A DNA stretch of 64,000 bases from Octopus vulgaris (GCA_951406725.2 OX597830.1:5642001-5706000); one strand, 5' to 3'. Counted from the first letter of the stretch, positions 44,110-58,099 are shown. The notes: generated by a model not told the origin, from the sequence alone. A program made the numbers and translations.

Positions 44110-44935
44110 ATAGGTTGCCGAACTATGTTTAATAAAAAAAAACAACTTATTTCTTTAAGTTGTAACATCATCGCCATCGAAATAGCCTCCTTGCGTACCA
44201 ATACCGTGGTCCCAGATTCGTTCCGGCCACTTATATTATCTGTCCCTGGAAGTGGTTTTCCGTGAAACCAGTCGATGACCATCTGCCTTTCGCTGTTGAA
44301 ACGATAACGTTTGAGCTGCATGTTCATCATAGCAAAGGGATGGAAGTCGGAAGGTGCTAAATTTAGCGAACAGCGTAGGTGCCGAAGTGATCCCATTTTG
44401 ATTTTGGCGAGAAACACACGAGTGAGGAGAACTCGGTGAAGAATTCAATGCTTTGCGCTCCACAGATCAGGTGGCTTTCACCGAATGTTCTCTCTCAAAC
44501 GCTTCAAAGTCCGCAGTAGAACTCTCCATTGACGGTCGGCACCTGGAGGACGAATTCTCGATGCGCAATCCCACATATCCGAGTGTGATGCTTCTGTCAG
44601 ATCTTCAAGATCGCTCATCATCTTGTACGGACGTTCTTCCGATTTTGAAGTGCTCGTGCCATTCGAACCATTGCGTACGACTTATTGCCTCGTAGTTATC
44701 AGCTGGCCGAAGCAGTCTCAATGTCTCTGTTGCAGACTTCCCAAGTTTAACGCAAAATTTCACGTTGGCTCTTTTTTTCCTGTCCACGAAAAACATCTCA
44801 AGAGTACAAAGACACACATTTTACAACTTATGAAGGAAACATGGCGATGCCACTCGGCACATGCGTCATGATGGTCAGTGCTAGCCCTCCCTGTTCACAC
44901 AACCATGTGCTGCAAACTGTGGGTGCGCTACAGAA
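44110..44935 (-). pseudogene. Decayed mariner (DD34D-type) transposase, internally deleted
   Basis: RANVKFCVKLGKSATETLRLL..ISRTQWFEWHEHFKIGRTSVQDDERS (N-terminal HTH region) and SLNLAPSDFHPF (YSPDLAPSD-like motif). Confidence 0.85.
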
Positions 44936-45685
44936 CTACATACCTACTCGTATACATATAAGTGTGAATAAAATGTTACTGAAATTTGCTTTTTAGTTGT
45001 GGAACCAACAAATTTTCCAAGTTTCAAAGAAAAGGGAGATAATTTCTAGAGATTAAGAATTCTTTTCCCGGAAAATAATTTTTGTCCTTAGTAGTGACGT
45101 GTGACCTTTGATCACAAAAACGTTGAGCATTACAGACATTTATCCATCAGTTTAGACCTCACCATCAAAGCAAGCTTATCCCAAAACTATCTGACCAATA
45201 AACAGAGAGTATCGTTTTTTTTTTTTACGAGATGGAAAAGACTGATGGATGGTTCTGATTGCATTAGTTTGCATAATTGCAAAGATTTCCCTAAAGAAAA
45301 CCACTCACGCGAAGCAACATTATAAACGGAGATAATTCACGTTGGTATGAGAGTGGGGTGGGGTGATTGTATGATGTAGGCAAAATAAATTTAGTGAAAG
45401 GAGAAGAATTAGTGACGTGAAATTCGTGTTTTAGATGCAGACAGAAAACGGAAACGTGTGTGCGAATCTACGTGCATTCACTCCTATATATGTCTGTGTG
45501 TTTGTCTTTCGCTCTTTCTTTTATCTCTCTTCCTCTCTCTCTCTCCTTCTCTCTCTCTCTCTTTATCTATCTATATGTCTATATGTGATCAAGAACAAAC
45601 ATACACATATATACATACACCGACATATATATTTATATATATACATAAATACACACACTCACGTATACATATATATATATGCACA

Positions 45686-45742
<57 letters not shown>

Positions 45743-46404
45743 TATATACATTCATACATACATGCATATATATATATATATGCCTGTGTATGTGTCTATG
45801 TATATATGTATGCATGCGTATACGTATGTATATGATCATATTTGTCTTTCTTGCAAAACCAAATCAAGGAAAGCGGTATCAGCCTTTGGACATCAAATGT
45901 GTTTGTATGTATGTGTGTATGTGTATGTGTATGTGTGTGTGTGTGTATTTGTGGTTGTGTACAACCATTTATATACATATACTTAAGTTTCCCCTCTCTC
46001 TCAATCTCTCTCACACACACACATACTTATTAGTTTTTGTTCCTTAATTTTCTCCTATTACATAACTTCACAGTGTCTGGATTTTCGATTCAATTGGATG
46101 TTTACTAAACCATGAAATTCTTAATACATCCTAAACGGTACCAAATGAATTTATTTGTCAGAAAAAAGACAAATATTTCTACAGTTTTATGTATTTGTCA
46201 CTTTGGCTTCCGAGGAAATGCCTTTTCATCAAAGATGGTTGGTTTTTTGTGTTGTTGCCGTTGTTGTTGTTGTTGTTTTCTCCTCTCAGCTTCTGTAGAT
46301 GGCACTTTCAAAGCAATCAGCTCGAGTTATCATATCAGGCTATTTGAGGATGAAATTAAATGATAAGTGCTGAAGTACGGGCCGCGAACAAGAAAGCTAT
46401 ACAT

Positions 46405-46455
<51 letters not shown>

Positions 46456-46676
46456 TATTATATATGTATATATGTATATATACATATATACATATATATA
46501 TAGAGGTACATATATGTATATTTATATGCATATATATATATATACATATATACATATATATGTACATATATACATATATACACGTGTGTGTCTAACGAAA
46601 ACCAATCAAAATAGTTCAATTTAGTAGGAAGAAAGCTCTAATACTTCTAATCCTACAACTACTACTAGCACCAACG

Positions 46677-46715
<39 letters not shown>

Positions 46716-46721
46716 TTACTG

Positions 46722-46771
<50 letters not shown>

Positions 46772-46859
46772 GCTGTTGTTATTGTTGTTGTTGGTGGTGG
46801 TTGTCTTTTTTTATAAGTATCGGTAGTTTGTTGCATATTGGTGATTTTCCAAACAACAC

Positions 46860-46925
46860 CTAGCTAAAATAGTTTATTTCTCACAAAATGGATTCGTCGT
46901 TTGGCCAAAATATACAGAACTCGAA
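46860..46925 (+). repeat. 66-bp direct repeat, copy 1 (copy 2 at 48380-48445)
   Basis: 62 of 66 bases identical. Confidence 0.95.
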
Positions 46926-48008
46926 GTCTTCCGCCTAGACAGGTGTTGCAATGCCTCACAGGTATGTATGTGCACCCTGATGTTACATAAACGAGGCCCC
47001 AAGATGAAGTGTTAATGAGACTCTGTTCTGCAAGGGAACGGTCAATATAGGAAGGGACAATTTGAGTATACTGTAAATGTAACGGCAAGAAGTAATGACA
47101 AAAAACCCCATTGCGATGGGGTTCCTTAAAAATATTAAGGGGAATCCTAAAGCTTTGGCTCTGAAATCTCTGAACGCGAGAAATCCCTCATCAGCTGTAA
47201 ACTTTGCGTAAGAAAGGAAGATAGATAGATAGAGAGAGAGAGACAGAGAGACAGACAGAAAGAAAAAAAGAAAGAAAGAAAGAAAGAAAGAAAGAGATGT
47301 GTGCATACTTTGAACGATTATTAAATACTTGGACAAAGAACTTCAGTTATTACCCAACAACAAAACTGCATGAGCAGTATCTATTTTCGCATTTTGTGGG
47401 TTTTATACATAAGAAGGTGAAAACATTATTACCAATGCTTACCAGAAATCTACCAAATGTAAACAAGTCGTTTTATTATCTATTATATACATATTGTCGG
47501 GAGAAGGCGGCGTTTCTTCATTGCATAATAGGCGTATTTTTCAAATTGCCTACATTCTCTAATACCTCTGGTTTCGTGTTTCAAGAGAGGTCGCCTTTTC
47601 GAATGGTTTTGAATGTTACCGTTTTATATGCTATTTCATTTATATACTCTTGTCCGAAGCCATTCAACTGAATTTCTGTATGTAGTCACTGAATTTTCAG
47701 TGCAATTTTTATCCATGCATTTAAAGGCTGTAGCATAATAATACATTTGTTTAAATTGCCTTTATGCCATACTTTCATGATATTTCTCTACTCCCGCTAA
47801 GTTTGAAGTGGAAAAAAGGTGTAAAGACAGTTTAGTTTTCATATCTAATTCAGTAAAATGTGTTATTCTAAATTCTAGAAATACGTGGGAATATTGTCAA
47901 TAAATTCCTTAAAAAGTTGCACGAATTCATTCAGTGCAATTTCAAATTACTGGTGACCTACATCCTGCTGTCGATTACTCTGGAAAATTGAATTAATATA
48001 GTCTAGAG

Positions 48009-48224
48009 CAGGGGTGGGCAAACTTTTTTGATCGCGGGCCGCACAGTGCGTCTTTGGAACCTTGGCGGGCCTCATTTATAAAAATCAAGTGAAAATATTG
48101 TGAATTACCGTACAGTTACGAAGTATCTGCATAGAAGTTGGGATTCATAAAAGCTCTCGGCGGGCCGCATGAAAACCTATGGCGGGCCGCATGCGGCCCG
48201 CGGGCCGTAGTTTGCCCACCCCTG
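48009..48224. mobile_element. Young hAT (Charlie-like) MITE
   Basis: Perfect 16-bp TIR CAGGGGTGGGCAAACT, perfect 8-bp TSD GTCTAGAG (48001-48008 and 48225-48232), subterminal GCGGGCCGC repeats. Confidence 0.95.
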
Positions 48225-50354
48225 GTCTAGAGCTACATAAGAGCAATAAGAAGCTATCTGTTATTTACTTTTTCAAGACAAGATGCTGTGAGCAAATATC
48301 TTTCCAGTAGAGTTTAAAGGAATAAATTTAGTTCAACATTTTATTTATTTTTGTTTTGTTAATTTTTGAATCTCAAAATCTAGCTAAAATAATTTATTTC
48401 TCACAAAACGGATTAGTTGTTTGGCCAAAATATACAGAACTCGAAATGAAAGAGCCTTGTCGTGATTTTTTTTTCTTACTAGAAACGGTCCTGTTTTTTA
48501 CAGGCACAAAGCCTGACATTTTGGGGGAGGGGACTAGTCGATTACATCGACCCGAGTGGTTGACTGGTACTTAATTTTTAACCGCCTCGAAAGGATGAAA
48601 GGCAAAGTCGACCACGATGATGTTTGAATTCAGAACGCCAAGTCGGACGAAATGCCACTAAGCATTAGTCCGGCACGCTAACGATACTGCCGACCAAATC
48701 TTCCTCAAGCTACACACACTCATTGAAACTGAAACTCCCCAATTGATTATATAATCTTACGTATAGGAGAATAAGACGGGTTGCTCACGGCTGGAATACC
48801 TTTGACTATGGATCTGCTTAAATACGGCTGCTACGAGGATTAAACTGCAACAATAATTGTCTCGTCTAAGAAAAAATTTAGTATTGTTTGTTGTTGCTGG
48901 TGTCTAGACTTAAAATTATTTTCGGTGCAAATGAGAAATTGTAGCGTTCATGACTTTTTCGTCTAAAATTGCTACGAGTTTGACTCAGTAAATGATAGAA
49001 GAAAAAATGCGCCGGTGACGGAACCACTGACCAGTCACTTTAGTTTCAAGAAATAGTGCCAAACCTAAAACTGACCGTTTTAAAATGTAAATCACACGTT
49101 AAATAACGTAATCCCAGAAAACTATCCTAATTGAATTACTAGAAAATATGCTGAAGCTGAAATAATATATCTGATCATAAGATTATCTGATCGATCAGGT
49201 TTGATCTGGGACTAAACAGTAGGGATGAACCAAGAATATAAAGATAACACATTCAAGAGAATTGATGATGACAAAAAGTTTCAATGTAAAAACTTCGAGT
49301 GGTTAATATAAACGGTACAACATATTTAGTAGGGTACAACATCTTTTCATCGAATTTACTGTCTAAAGAAACCCGCCAGCTCCACCATTTTCCACTACGC
49401 AGCAGTACACATTGGCCACAGACAAAAGTACAATGTTAATATAATGCAAAACGTTGATGCTATTAAATATTTAACAATTAGAAACCAAAGGGAGAAACAC
49501 AACACAATAATTACTCATTCACTAAACAGCGTGTGTTGGAAACTTTGAATTCATTTTAAAGCAAAAGTTTGTAAAAAGTGAAAATGAGAAGAAACAGTTG
49601 CTATTTCTATTCAAATACAGATGTAAACAAATGTCATTTTATTGGTCCATCGACAGAAAAATATGGTTTGCCCTGACCTGGTTTCCATTGTTATCTCCAT
49701 CCCTTCAGAGGCCATGTGACCGCCTTTTTCTGTCCACAGAGAACAGTTGTAGCTGTTTCTAGCCAGTAAATATCATAAGTGCACTGAATTGATTAGTCTG
49801 GAATTTGAACTCAGAACGTAAAGACGAACGAAATGCCGCCAAGCATTTTACCCAGCGTGCTAACAATTCTGCCAGCTCACCGCCTTATCTAAAGTAAATA
49901 TTAAAATAATATACAAAATCTGAAAATAACATCAATACAAATACAAAGTTATGGTAAAATGAAAATAGTACAGCGTTACACACAAAATTTCGACAAGCTA
50001 GAAAAATCAGAATTCTCACTTTTTAACGCTTTCAGACGTTAGTTGCAATATTTCTATTAAAATGTTCTGCTTTGTATAAATAAATTTTAAAATCAATGAA
50101 TAATTTAGTAAAATAACTTCCTCATTATTAAACTGATGTATTGAACATAAATTAACATAAAATATCGATGAACAGCTTTTAATTTCGATCGTTTTAAACG
50201 ACAATAAACCAGCGCGGTCTCTGGTGGATCGGTATCAAAATGCCTAATCATGTTTGCTCACTAAGTTATGTCTCATGGTTACACATCAATTAGAAACATC
50301 CACAGGACGACTGCCTGCCTCTGTCAAATTCCGCCGGGTAACAGAGTTAAAATA

Positions 50355-50535
50355 CGGAGGGGGTGCTGAAAGGTTCCTGGCTTTAAGTGTACATCGAAAA
50401 GCGTGGTCGGAGGCCTAACTTTCTGAGTTCATTTACTGGGCTTAAAGAAACTGAAGGACTGCTGCAATAATCTGAAAGGGAATCTGTTTAATAAAATCAT
50501 AATAAACTGTATAATTGATTAACAGCCCTCCTTCC
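50355..50535. mobile_element. Possible mariner-derived MITE remnant
   Basis: TA|CGGAGGGGGTGCTGAAAGGTTCC resembles a mariner TIR; right end (CAGCCCTC) is weak. Confidence 0.4.
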
Positions 50536-51174
50536 TATATAAATATCTTAGATCGAATCTTTTCAAACTTACAAACGCCACGTGTTTTATGTGATTTTTG
50601 TCTCTCCCCACCATTTTATTAATGTTTAAACAAAGCAGAATATACATCCATATAAATCTATCTTTCCCATAATGTTCGACACATTACAAACTTGTTCTGA
50701 CTCTTTACGTTTCTGGTTCAAATTCCGACAAGGTCAACTTTACCTTTCTTTCTTCTGCGATCGATACACTAAAATACAAATCAGGTACAAATGACGTACA
50801 AATCGATGCTATCCCTTAGCCAACTTTCCTCAAATATGTTGACCTTCTGCCAATAGCATAAACAAACGCTGCCTCAGTCCCCACATACCATCTCAGATCA
50901 AATCAATTCCTTAAAGAAAATTACTGAAAACTTTTAGAGACATTGGTGTTAATACAATCTAATTCTTTTTCCAAGACCATTATCCCGAACTATTGTACTT
51001 CTCTGTTCCATATAAGGAGGTTTCGATTAATATATCCCCCCTCTAATCTGATCAAACGATGAAATATTGGTGTACGAATCAAAACAATAAAACACTAAAT
51101 AGATAAATAATTGGTTGACAGTTGGATAATTTGTTAAATTTATTTTCCAAAGTGTTATGTCGCCAGAAATTTAA

Positions 51175-51530
51175 CAACAAGAATTCCATTCATCAGTCAA
51201 AGTTAGAGAATTTAAACTCCTGGACGACAAAGTTCTATGGTGCTCAAAGACTTTTGCGCGCGCGCGCGTGTAGTGTGTGCGTTGTGGTGTGATGTGATGT
51301 GTTGTGTGGTATGGTGGTGTGGTGTGATGGTTTTGGGAGGCGGGGGAGGCAAGAGAGAGGAAAGCGAGGCTGGGGTGTGGGTTAGGCTGAGGGTGGGGTA
51401 TGTGGGTAGGCAGAGGGTGGGGGAAGAGGTGGGGTATGTGGGAATGAGTGTAAAGGATGGGGTGGTGTGGGTTGGGAACGGTAGGGAAGGTGGGGTCGGA
51501 GCGTGTAGGGGTGGGTGGGGTTACGAGAGC
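51175..51530 (-). mobile_element. PLE UTR fragment related to 31155-31400
   Basis: Reverse-complement similarity of the C-rich/CACAC region; ends at (TA)n. Confidence 0.7.
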
Positions 51531-51590
51531 TATATATATATATATATATATATATATAATGACCAAATTCCCCACAAAGGGATTAATTTG

Positions 51591-51627
51591 ATTTGAAAAC
51601 CCCACTGGAATGGGAGAAAGCGCTAAT
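51591..51627 (+). ncRNA. Hammerhead-like motif, U3-A8 core
   Basis: AT-TTGAAAA-C-CCCA(CTGGAA)TGGG-A-GAAA-GCGC-TA-AT in a TA-flanked ~180-bp unit; stem I is weak. Confidence 0.45.
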
Positions 51628-52739
51628 AATCCGAATGATATGATCTGAATGATATGATATATATATATGTAAAAAATGTAATATATAAATAAATATCTAT
51701 AAATATGAACCATCCGATCTGATTACCTCATTTCTTCTAATATATATATATATATATACTGTATATAGTAAAAACTTACTGTGCACAAGCTCGAAATACG
51801 TAGTAATTAACAGGCGTCAACTGAGGAGGGGTTAGACTTCTATTGTTACTTTTTCTAGTACTTGTCTCTCGTGTGTTTACGTATTTTTCACTCGTTGGTG
51901 ATGTCCTGTACTTGTTGTATTATATGCACACATACATACATACATACATACATACATACATACATACATACATACATACATACATACATACGTAGATGTC
52001 AGCAGCTACACACCAAACTTCGAAATCCCTGTGAATAAACAGTAAACTTACTATTAACATCCGACACCAGTTAAATACAACATTCAGCCCTTTACTCACC
52101 GCTCAACTAACCGCTTTCCTTTCGATTGAATTTCTCTCTGGTCATTGTACCAGATCGACCTTCCTTCATGTTGGAGCTCACATTTTCCCTATTTCCGTCT
52201 GAACACCGAACCCTTTCTTTGAGACACAACCACATTATCATTGACTTTTCATTCTAAGGTTCCTTCACTCTTCTCTCATGCAATCAAGATCTTTTACTCG
52301 CCTCTCACCGCTTCCGTTGCTAAACCAGTTCCTTTCTCCAAAGCAACTCCACTTTTCAGGCCTCTGAATCCTTTTTCCATGTCACAGACCGTTTAACTTA
52401 CACCTCTAAAATTGCTTTGTGTTGCATTAAAATACAACTCTGACTTACAGCATGTCAAGGACATTCATTGGAGGTTAGCTGATTCTTTCATGGAATAATT
52501 ATTGGGTGACCATTCGATAAACAACAGCGGATATCACAGGCCTCTAGTTGACTACTTCAAGTCCTCCAAACTACTGCCACACTTAGCTTGTTGTACACGA
52601 CAATACATACATTCACTATTTCCTGAAACTTATGTGATGCATATATGTTCGATACTTACTGCTCTTTATCTTGATAATATTACACTGAGAAAATGTTGAT
52701 TTAAAGAGAGATGGGAATATAGAACAGCCCATAACTCAC

Positions 52740-52965
52740 CGGATAACAATTGTAGGAAATGAAAAAATCATCTGCTTGAAACTAGCCTTTAGCATTAAGC
52801 TAACGTCCAACCTAGCCAGAAAGTTTCTAGTGTTTATGAAAAAAATATGACCTAACAGCTCATAAATACCAGAAGCTCTTTAACAAAAACAGCAGCGAAA
52901 ACGTTATCTTTGCAGAGGAAATATTGGTAATCCGATAGCTGGAAGCAATATGATTAACTGCACAT
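52740..52965 (-). other. Candidate non-coding exon
   Basis: About 50-nt polypyrimidine tract with tandem CAG (52988-52990) and TAG (52966-52968) acceptors; donor CG|GTGAGT. All three frames contain stops. Confidence 0.35.
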
Positions 52966-53051
52966 CTAGGAACAAGAAAAGAGAAAACTGGAAAAAAAAG
53001 ATGGAAAGGGGGAAAAAATACCTCTGGCTTGCAAATGCAGCAGCACAGTAT

Positions 53052-53102
<51 letters not shown>

Positions 53103-53241
53103 CGCCCGTATGCAATATAAACATATATGTCGAGCCAAAATTAGCGTGTAGCGATAGAGTATAAATCACCAGCATTGGCTGAAATAATATACTCACTCTT
53201 CTACGTGTGTATATGTATATGTATATATATGCATGTATAAA

Positions 53242-53291
<50 letters not shown>

Positions 53292-53871
53292 TATATATAT
53301 TGGATATAACATATAGCTAAACACCTATTTCTCTGTCTCTCTCTCCCTCTCTCTCTGTCTTTGTGTGCATATACATGTATGTGCATGTGTGTGTGTACAC
53401 ACATATATATATAGAGAGAGAAGTGATATTCATATAATTATATCTATATCTCTTTCTCTTTTAGCATATATGTGTGTGTGTGCGTGTCTGCATGTGTGTG
53501 TGTGTGTACATATATGCATGTGTATATATATATACACACATGCACATACGAATACATATAGATACATATACATATATATATATACATATATATGCATGTA
53601 TGAATGTATGTATTATATGTGTAAGAAGGCATTTTCATACACCACAGTGTATATCATGATTAGTGTTGGCGAGATATTTTACACAGAAAGTGCTCAAATA
53701 ATGTCTATAAAAATAGCGAATTATTTGGGGTTACAATATATGTCTATATAGTTAATGAGTAAAAGGAAAATGTCAAATTCTGACACACAATAAAATCACA
53801 TATATATGGTATCGACCAGATTATTGGCTGGTTGTACTACGCCACTGTCCACAATGTCCTTCGCTTTTGAA

Positions 53872-54278
53872 GGCGGCGAGCTGGCAGAAAGGTTAGCACG
53901 CCGGACGAAATACGTAGCCGTATTTCGTTAGCTGTTGCGTTCAGAGTTCAAATTCCGCCGAGGTCGACTTTACCTTTCATCCTTTCGGGGTCGGTTAAAT
54001 AAGTACAAGTTACGCACTGTGATCGACATAATCGACTTAATCCGCTTGTCTGCCCTTGTTTGTCCTCTCTGTGTTTAGCCCCTTGTGGGTAGTAAAGTAA
54101 CAGGTATTTCATCTGCCGTTACGTTCTGAGTTCAAATTCCGCCGAGGTTGACTTTGCCTTTTATCCTTTCGGAGTCGATTAAATAAGTACCAGTTACCCA
54201 CTGGGGTCGATCTAATCGTCTAGACCCACTCCCCCAAAATTTCTAGATTTTGTGCCTTGAGTAGAAAAGATTCTCTTA
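53872..54278 (+). mobile_element. Family B SINE, internally duplicated, with TSD
   Basis: Head GGCGGCGAGCTGGCAGAAAGG, B box GTTCAAATTCC present twice, 9-bp TSD GCTTTTGAA (53863-53871 and 54279-54287). Confidence 0.92.
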
Positions 54279-56049
54279 GCTTTTGAATGGTACCAACAGA
54301 CTAGGTGGGCGGCTTAGCATTCCCATTGAGCCAAACGGTTATCAATCACAGCGCTGCCGGGCAACGGCTGAGTAGACCTGAGCAACATGGAATGAGGATT
54401 TTTCGTTTTTTTTTTATCATAGATACAAAATGCACAGACAGGCTTTCACACACACACACGAACCCACGCACGCACATCCATGCTCTCTCTCACACACACG
54501 CATACACGCAAATGCAAACGCAGACACATACACATGCACACCCACACACACACGCACACACACACGCGCACACACGCACACACACATACACGCATACACA
54601 CAAATACAAACACAGACACATAAACGAGCACACATGCACACGTACACACAGAAACACACACACACACACACACATGTATTGTTAAGTTTTATCTTTCACT
54701 TGTTTCAGTTAATGCATTGCGGCCATGCTGGGGCATCGGCCTGAAGAACGTTTAGTCGAATGAATCGTACTCAGTACTTATTGCAAAACCTGGTACTTGT
54801 TCTAGGAAACCTTTTTTCCTAAGTCAGACCAATACACCAATATCGGTTGTCAAGCGATGGGGAGGGACAAACCCGGACACAAAGAAACACACACACACAC
54901 ACACATACACATTTATATATACGACTATCGTCTTTTAGTCTCCGTCTACCAAATCCACTCCAAAGGCTTTGGTCGGCCTGGGGCTATAGCAGAAGACACT
55001 TCTTCATTGTGCCACTGAACTCGATAGCATGTGGTTGGGAAGCGAGCTTCTTATTTCTTTATTACCCACAAGGGATTAAACACAGAGGGGACAAACAAGG
55101 ACAGAAAAACTGATTAAGTCGATTACATCGACCGCAGTGCGTAACTGGTACTTGTGCCAATAGGAAATTATTTTAATAAAAGCAAAAAAGAAAACAAACA
55201 TCCCAAATCTTTCTCTTGGTTATATATATATATACACAGACTAAGCATGACCCAACACCTGACAAATATAACAGACTGAAGCTAATCAAAATCTCTCAGG
55301 AAGGTTTCCAAGAGTGTGTTAGGAACTTCTCTTCGTCATGTGCATTGTTGTTGTCGAAAACTTTAAGCGGTTGCGATGAAGCAAATGTGTGGATAAAACC
55401 CTTGTCTGATATGCATGCCGTATGTGAAGGACAGAAATTAATCCCTGTGTTTCTGCATGAGAAGAAAGCTGATTTTGTCGGCTTTGGTAAACTCTATCAG
55501 CTTAAACAACAATATTCTCTTCCCTCGAGGAAAACTTTCATGGCTTCTGACTGCGTCAAGACGCACAAGTAATTTTTTACAGCAACCATAAATAGAGAAT
55601 TGACATCCGCAATGAATTCTATCTGGATCGGACGATGAACATATACATCCATAAATATTTCAGCTCAAAGGATCTAGGAGCCCTCATTCGCCTACTGTCT
55701 ATCTTTCCATGGTTCCCCATGATGTATACCTGTCTCCGGATGACCCTTTATACAGAACGAAATACTTGAGAATTTTATTCCCGTCGGTGAGCAATTACAG
55801 AAGAAATAGAGGACAAGGAAAACTTAAGGGAATCACTTCTAAACATAGAACCCAGCCTCTTCAACTCCACCGTAAAGGTAACAAAGGGAAAATATATACC
55901 ATTTGCGTTACCCAGAAAGCAGCATCTTAATATACGCTTGTATGCTGTTATTGAGTTTTATTTCAAGATTTCTTGCCAATAGAGAAAGAGTCGGTTTCGA
56001 ACCTAGATCCAAGGGGCTCCTTTATTAGAATTTCAACATCAACAACAAG

Positions 56050-56400
56050 GTGGCCTGGATCTCACCAACAAATTCAGGAGTTCTTTCTCATCAGAACAAC
56101 CAGAGTGAGATTTCCTACCTGCCATACCTTCGTAATCACCATTAGACTCATCCAACTCTTTCCGAATCCTCTGCACTGTCCTCAGATTGACACTCAAACA
56201 CTCTGAAACGTTCATATTGGAGATTGGAGCGTATTAGAGAATGCCAAACAGCACAACGTGTCGTTTCCAAATATCTGGCAGAGTGAATTGCGTCATGGTA
56301 CTGTTTTCTTCACATACGATACCCAACTGCCTCTTCTACACTGTGCAGTCAACAGAATCAAGAACAAACAATGCGTATGCGCGAAATTGAAATGTAGGAT
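56050..56400 (-). pseudogene. 5' part of a second copy of the maT-like element
   Basis: Reverse complement aligns to 40960-41255 (GGATTCGGAAAGAGTTGGATGAGTCTAATGGTG is shared). Confidence 0.88.
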
Positions 56401-56451
56401 GGCGAAAATTTACTCATCGCACTCCGTATATGATACACACACAAATTTATA

Positions 56452-56499
<48 letters not shown>

Positions 56500-56501
<2 letters not shown>

Positions 56502-56899
56502 GAAAAAACAAGTCAAGATAGAAAATGCTAAAATAATTTTATAAAGAACATTTTAGTACCGGTTTCGGTCATTTGAGACCTTTTCAACTGTAACGATTAA
56601 ATAATTAAATTTAGAAAAATTAAAAGAAAAGTTAAAGGAATATTTGTATAGTGTTCAAATATAAGTGGCATTTTCCAAGTGCAAACAAGAGAGACAGAGA
56701 AAGGCAGAAACAAGGAAAATGCCACTTATATTTGAACACTATACAAATATTCCTTTAAAAAAACAACTTTTCTTTTAATTTTTCTAAATTTAATTATTTA
56801 ATCGTTACAGTTGAAAAGGTCTCAAAATGACCGGAACCGGTACTAAAATGTTCTTTATAAAATTATTTTAGCATTTTCTATCTTGACTTGTTTTTTCAT
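56500..56899. repeat. Fold-back: ~177-bp inverted arms, 37-bp spacer, in (TA)n; each arm has a U3-A8 HHR-like motif
   Basis: Arms 56500-56676 and 56714-56899. Motif AG-TTGAAAA-GGTC(TCAAAT)GACC-GAAA-CCGG-TA-CT at 56555-56589(-); copy at 56809-56844(+) has GGAA. Confidence 0.92.
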
Positions 56900-56931
56900 A
56901 TATATCAACTCGTGTGTCCCTTTTCACCCTT

Positions 56932-57002
<71 letters not shown>

Positions 57003-57008
57003 TATATA

Positions 57009-57328
57009 AGGCGCGTGGCTTAGTGCTTAGGGCATTCTGCTCAGGATCGAAAATTGGTGAGTTCAATTCCCGGCGACACGTTGTGTCCTTGAGCAAGACA
57101 CTTTATTTCACGATGCTCCACTCCACTCAGCTGGCAAAAATGAGTAGTGCCTGTATTTGGAAAGGGCCAGCCTTCTCACACTGCGTCTCACGATGAATCC
57201 TCCCCAGACCTACGTTAAAGGTACACGAGTCTGTGGAGTGCTCAGTTTCTTCTACGTTAATTTCACGACCAAGCTGTTTATTTGATTGTATCATCTGAGA
57301 CCCGCGTCGTCGAAACCGACGGAGTACA
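57009..57328 (+). mobile_element. Family C-headed SINE with an alternative 3' body
   Basis: A box TGGCTTAGTG, B box GTTCAATTCCC, same core as 16480. The 3' body matches the reverse complement of 63805-63990. Confidence 0.88.
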
Positions 57329-57333
57329 TCTAA

Positions 57334-57373
<40 letters not shown>

Positions 57374-57507
57374 AGAGAGAGAGAGATAGAGACAGAGAGA
57401 GACAGAGAGGGGGTGAGGGAGAGAGAGATCGCTATATATATCTTTATATGTCTTTATAAGAATATGTATTTATTTATGTATACGTATCTATATGTGTCTA
57501 ATTTTTT

Positions 57508-57543
<36 letters not shown>

Positions 57544-57791
57544 GTGTGTGTGTCTGTGTGTGTATGCGACCGCATTTGCGTATATGTGTACGAGATGAGC
57601 GTGATAATCATAGATGCAAACACATATAGACATGTATTTTTAAATGAATGTTTTTCTTTTTAAATAGCATTCTTCTGATAATTAAGAGCAATCAGATCGC
57701 AATTCCACATTAGTTAAGTGAAGTGTCGAAAACTAATTAGTTCAGTATTGCTAACCCGTGACTTGTTAAAACGTGTTACAAAAAAATATAA

Positions 57792-57826
<35 letters not shown>

Positions 57827-57884
57827 TGTATGTATGTATGTATGTATGTATGCATGTATGTATGTATGTTTGTATGTATGTATG

Positions 57885-57921
<37 letters not shown>

Positions 57922-58065
57922 AACGGATATGTGCTGAGTGTTGATATCTGTTAATTCATGACGATGTCAGAGGCAACAATCATGCGGGCAAGAAAATTAT
58001 GAGAAAATTTTAAAATGTTTACGGACGGATAAAGTGATACACAGAACAGAGCAGGATGCGTGTGT

Positions 58066-58099
<34 letters not shown>

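Noticed and set aside
51160-51200. Minus-strand CTGATGA-A plus stem II hairpin
   Set aside because: No GAAA or stem III follows; at best a truncated HHR. The partial motifs at 51789-51830, 46377-46403 and 60177-60200 are likewise incomplete.
52075-52430. Faint CR1/Jockey-like C-terminal traces (also about 1810-2100, 27100-27480, 55600-55900); PLE- or REL-like traces at 50870-51030 and 8860-8930
   Set aside because: Too degenerate to call by eye; needs a profile search.
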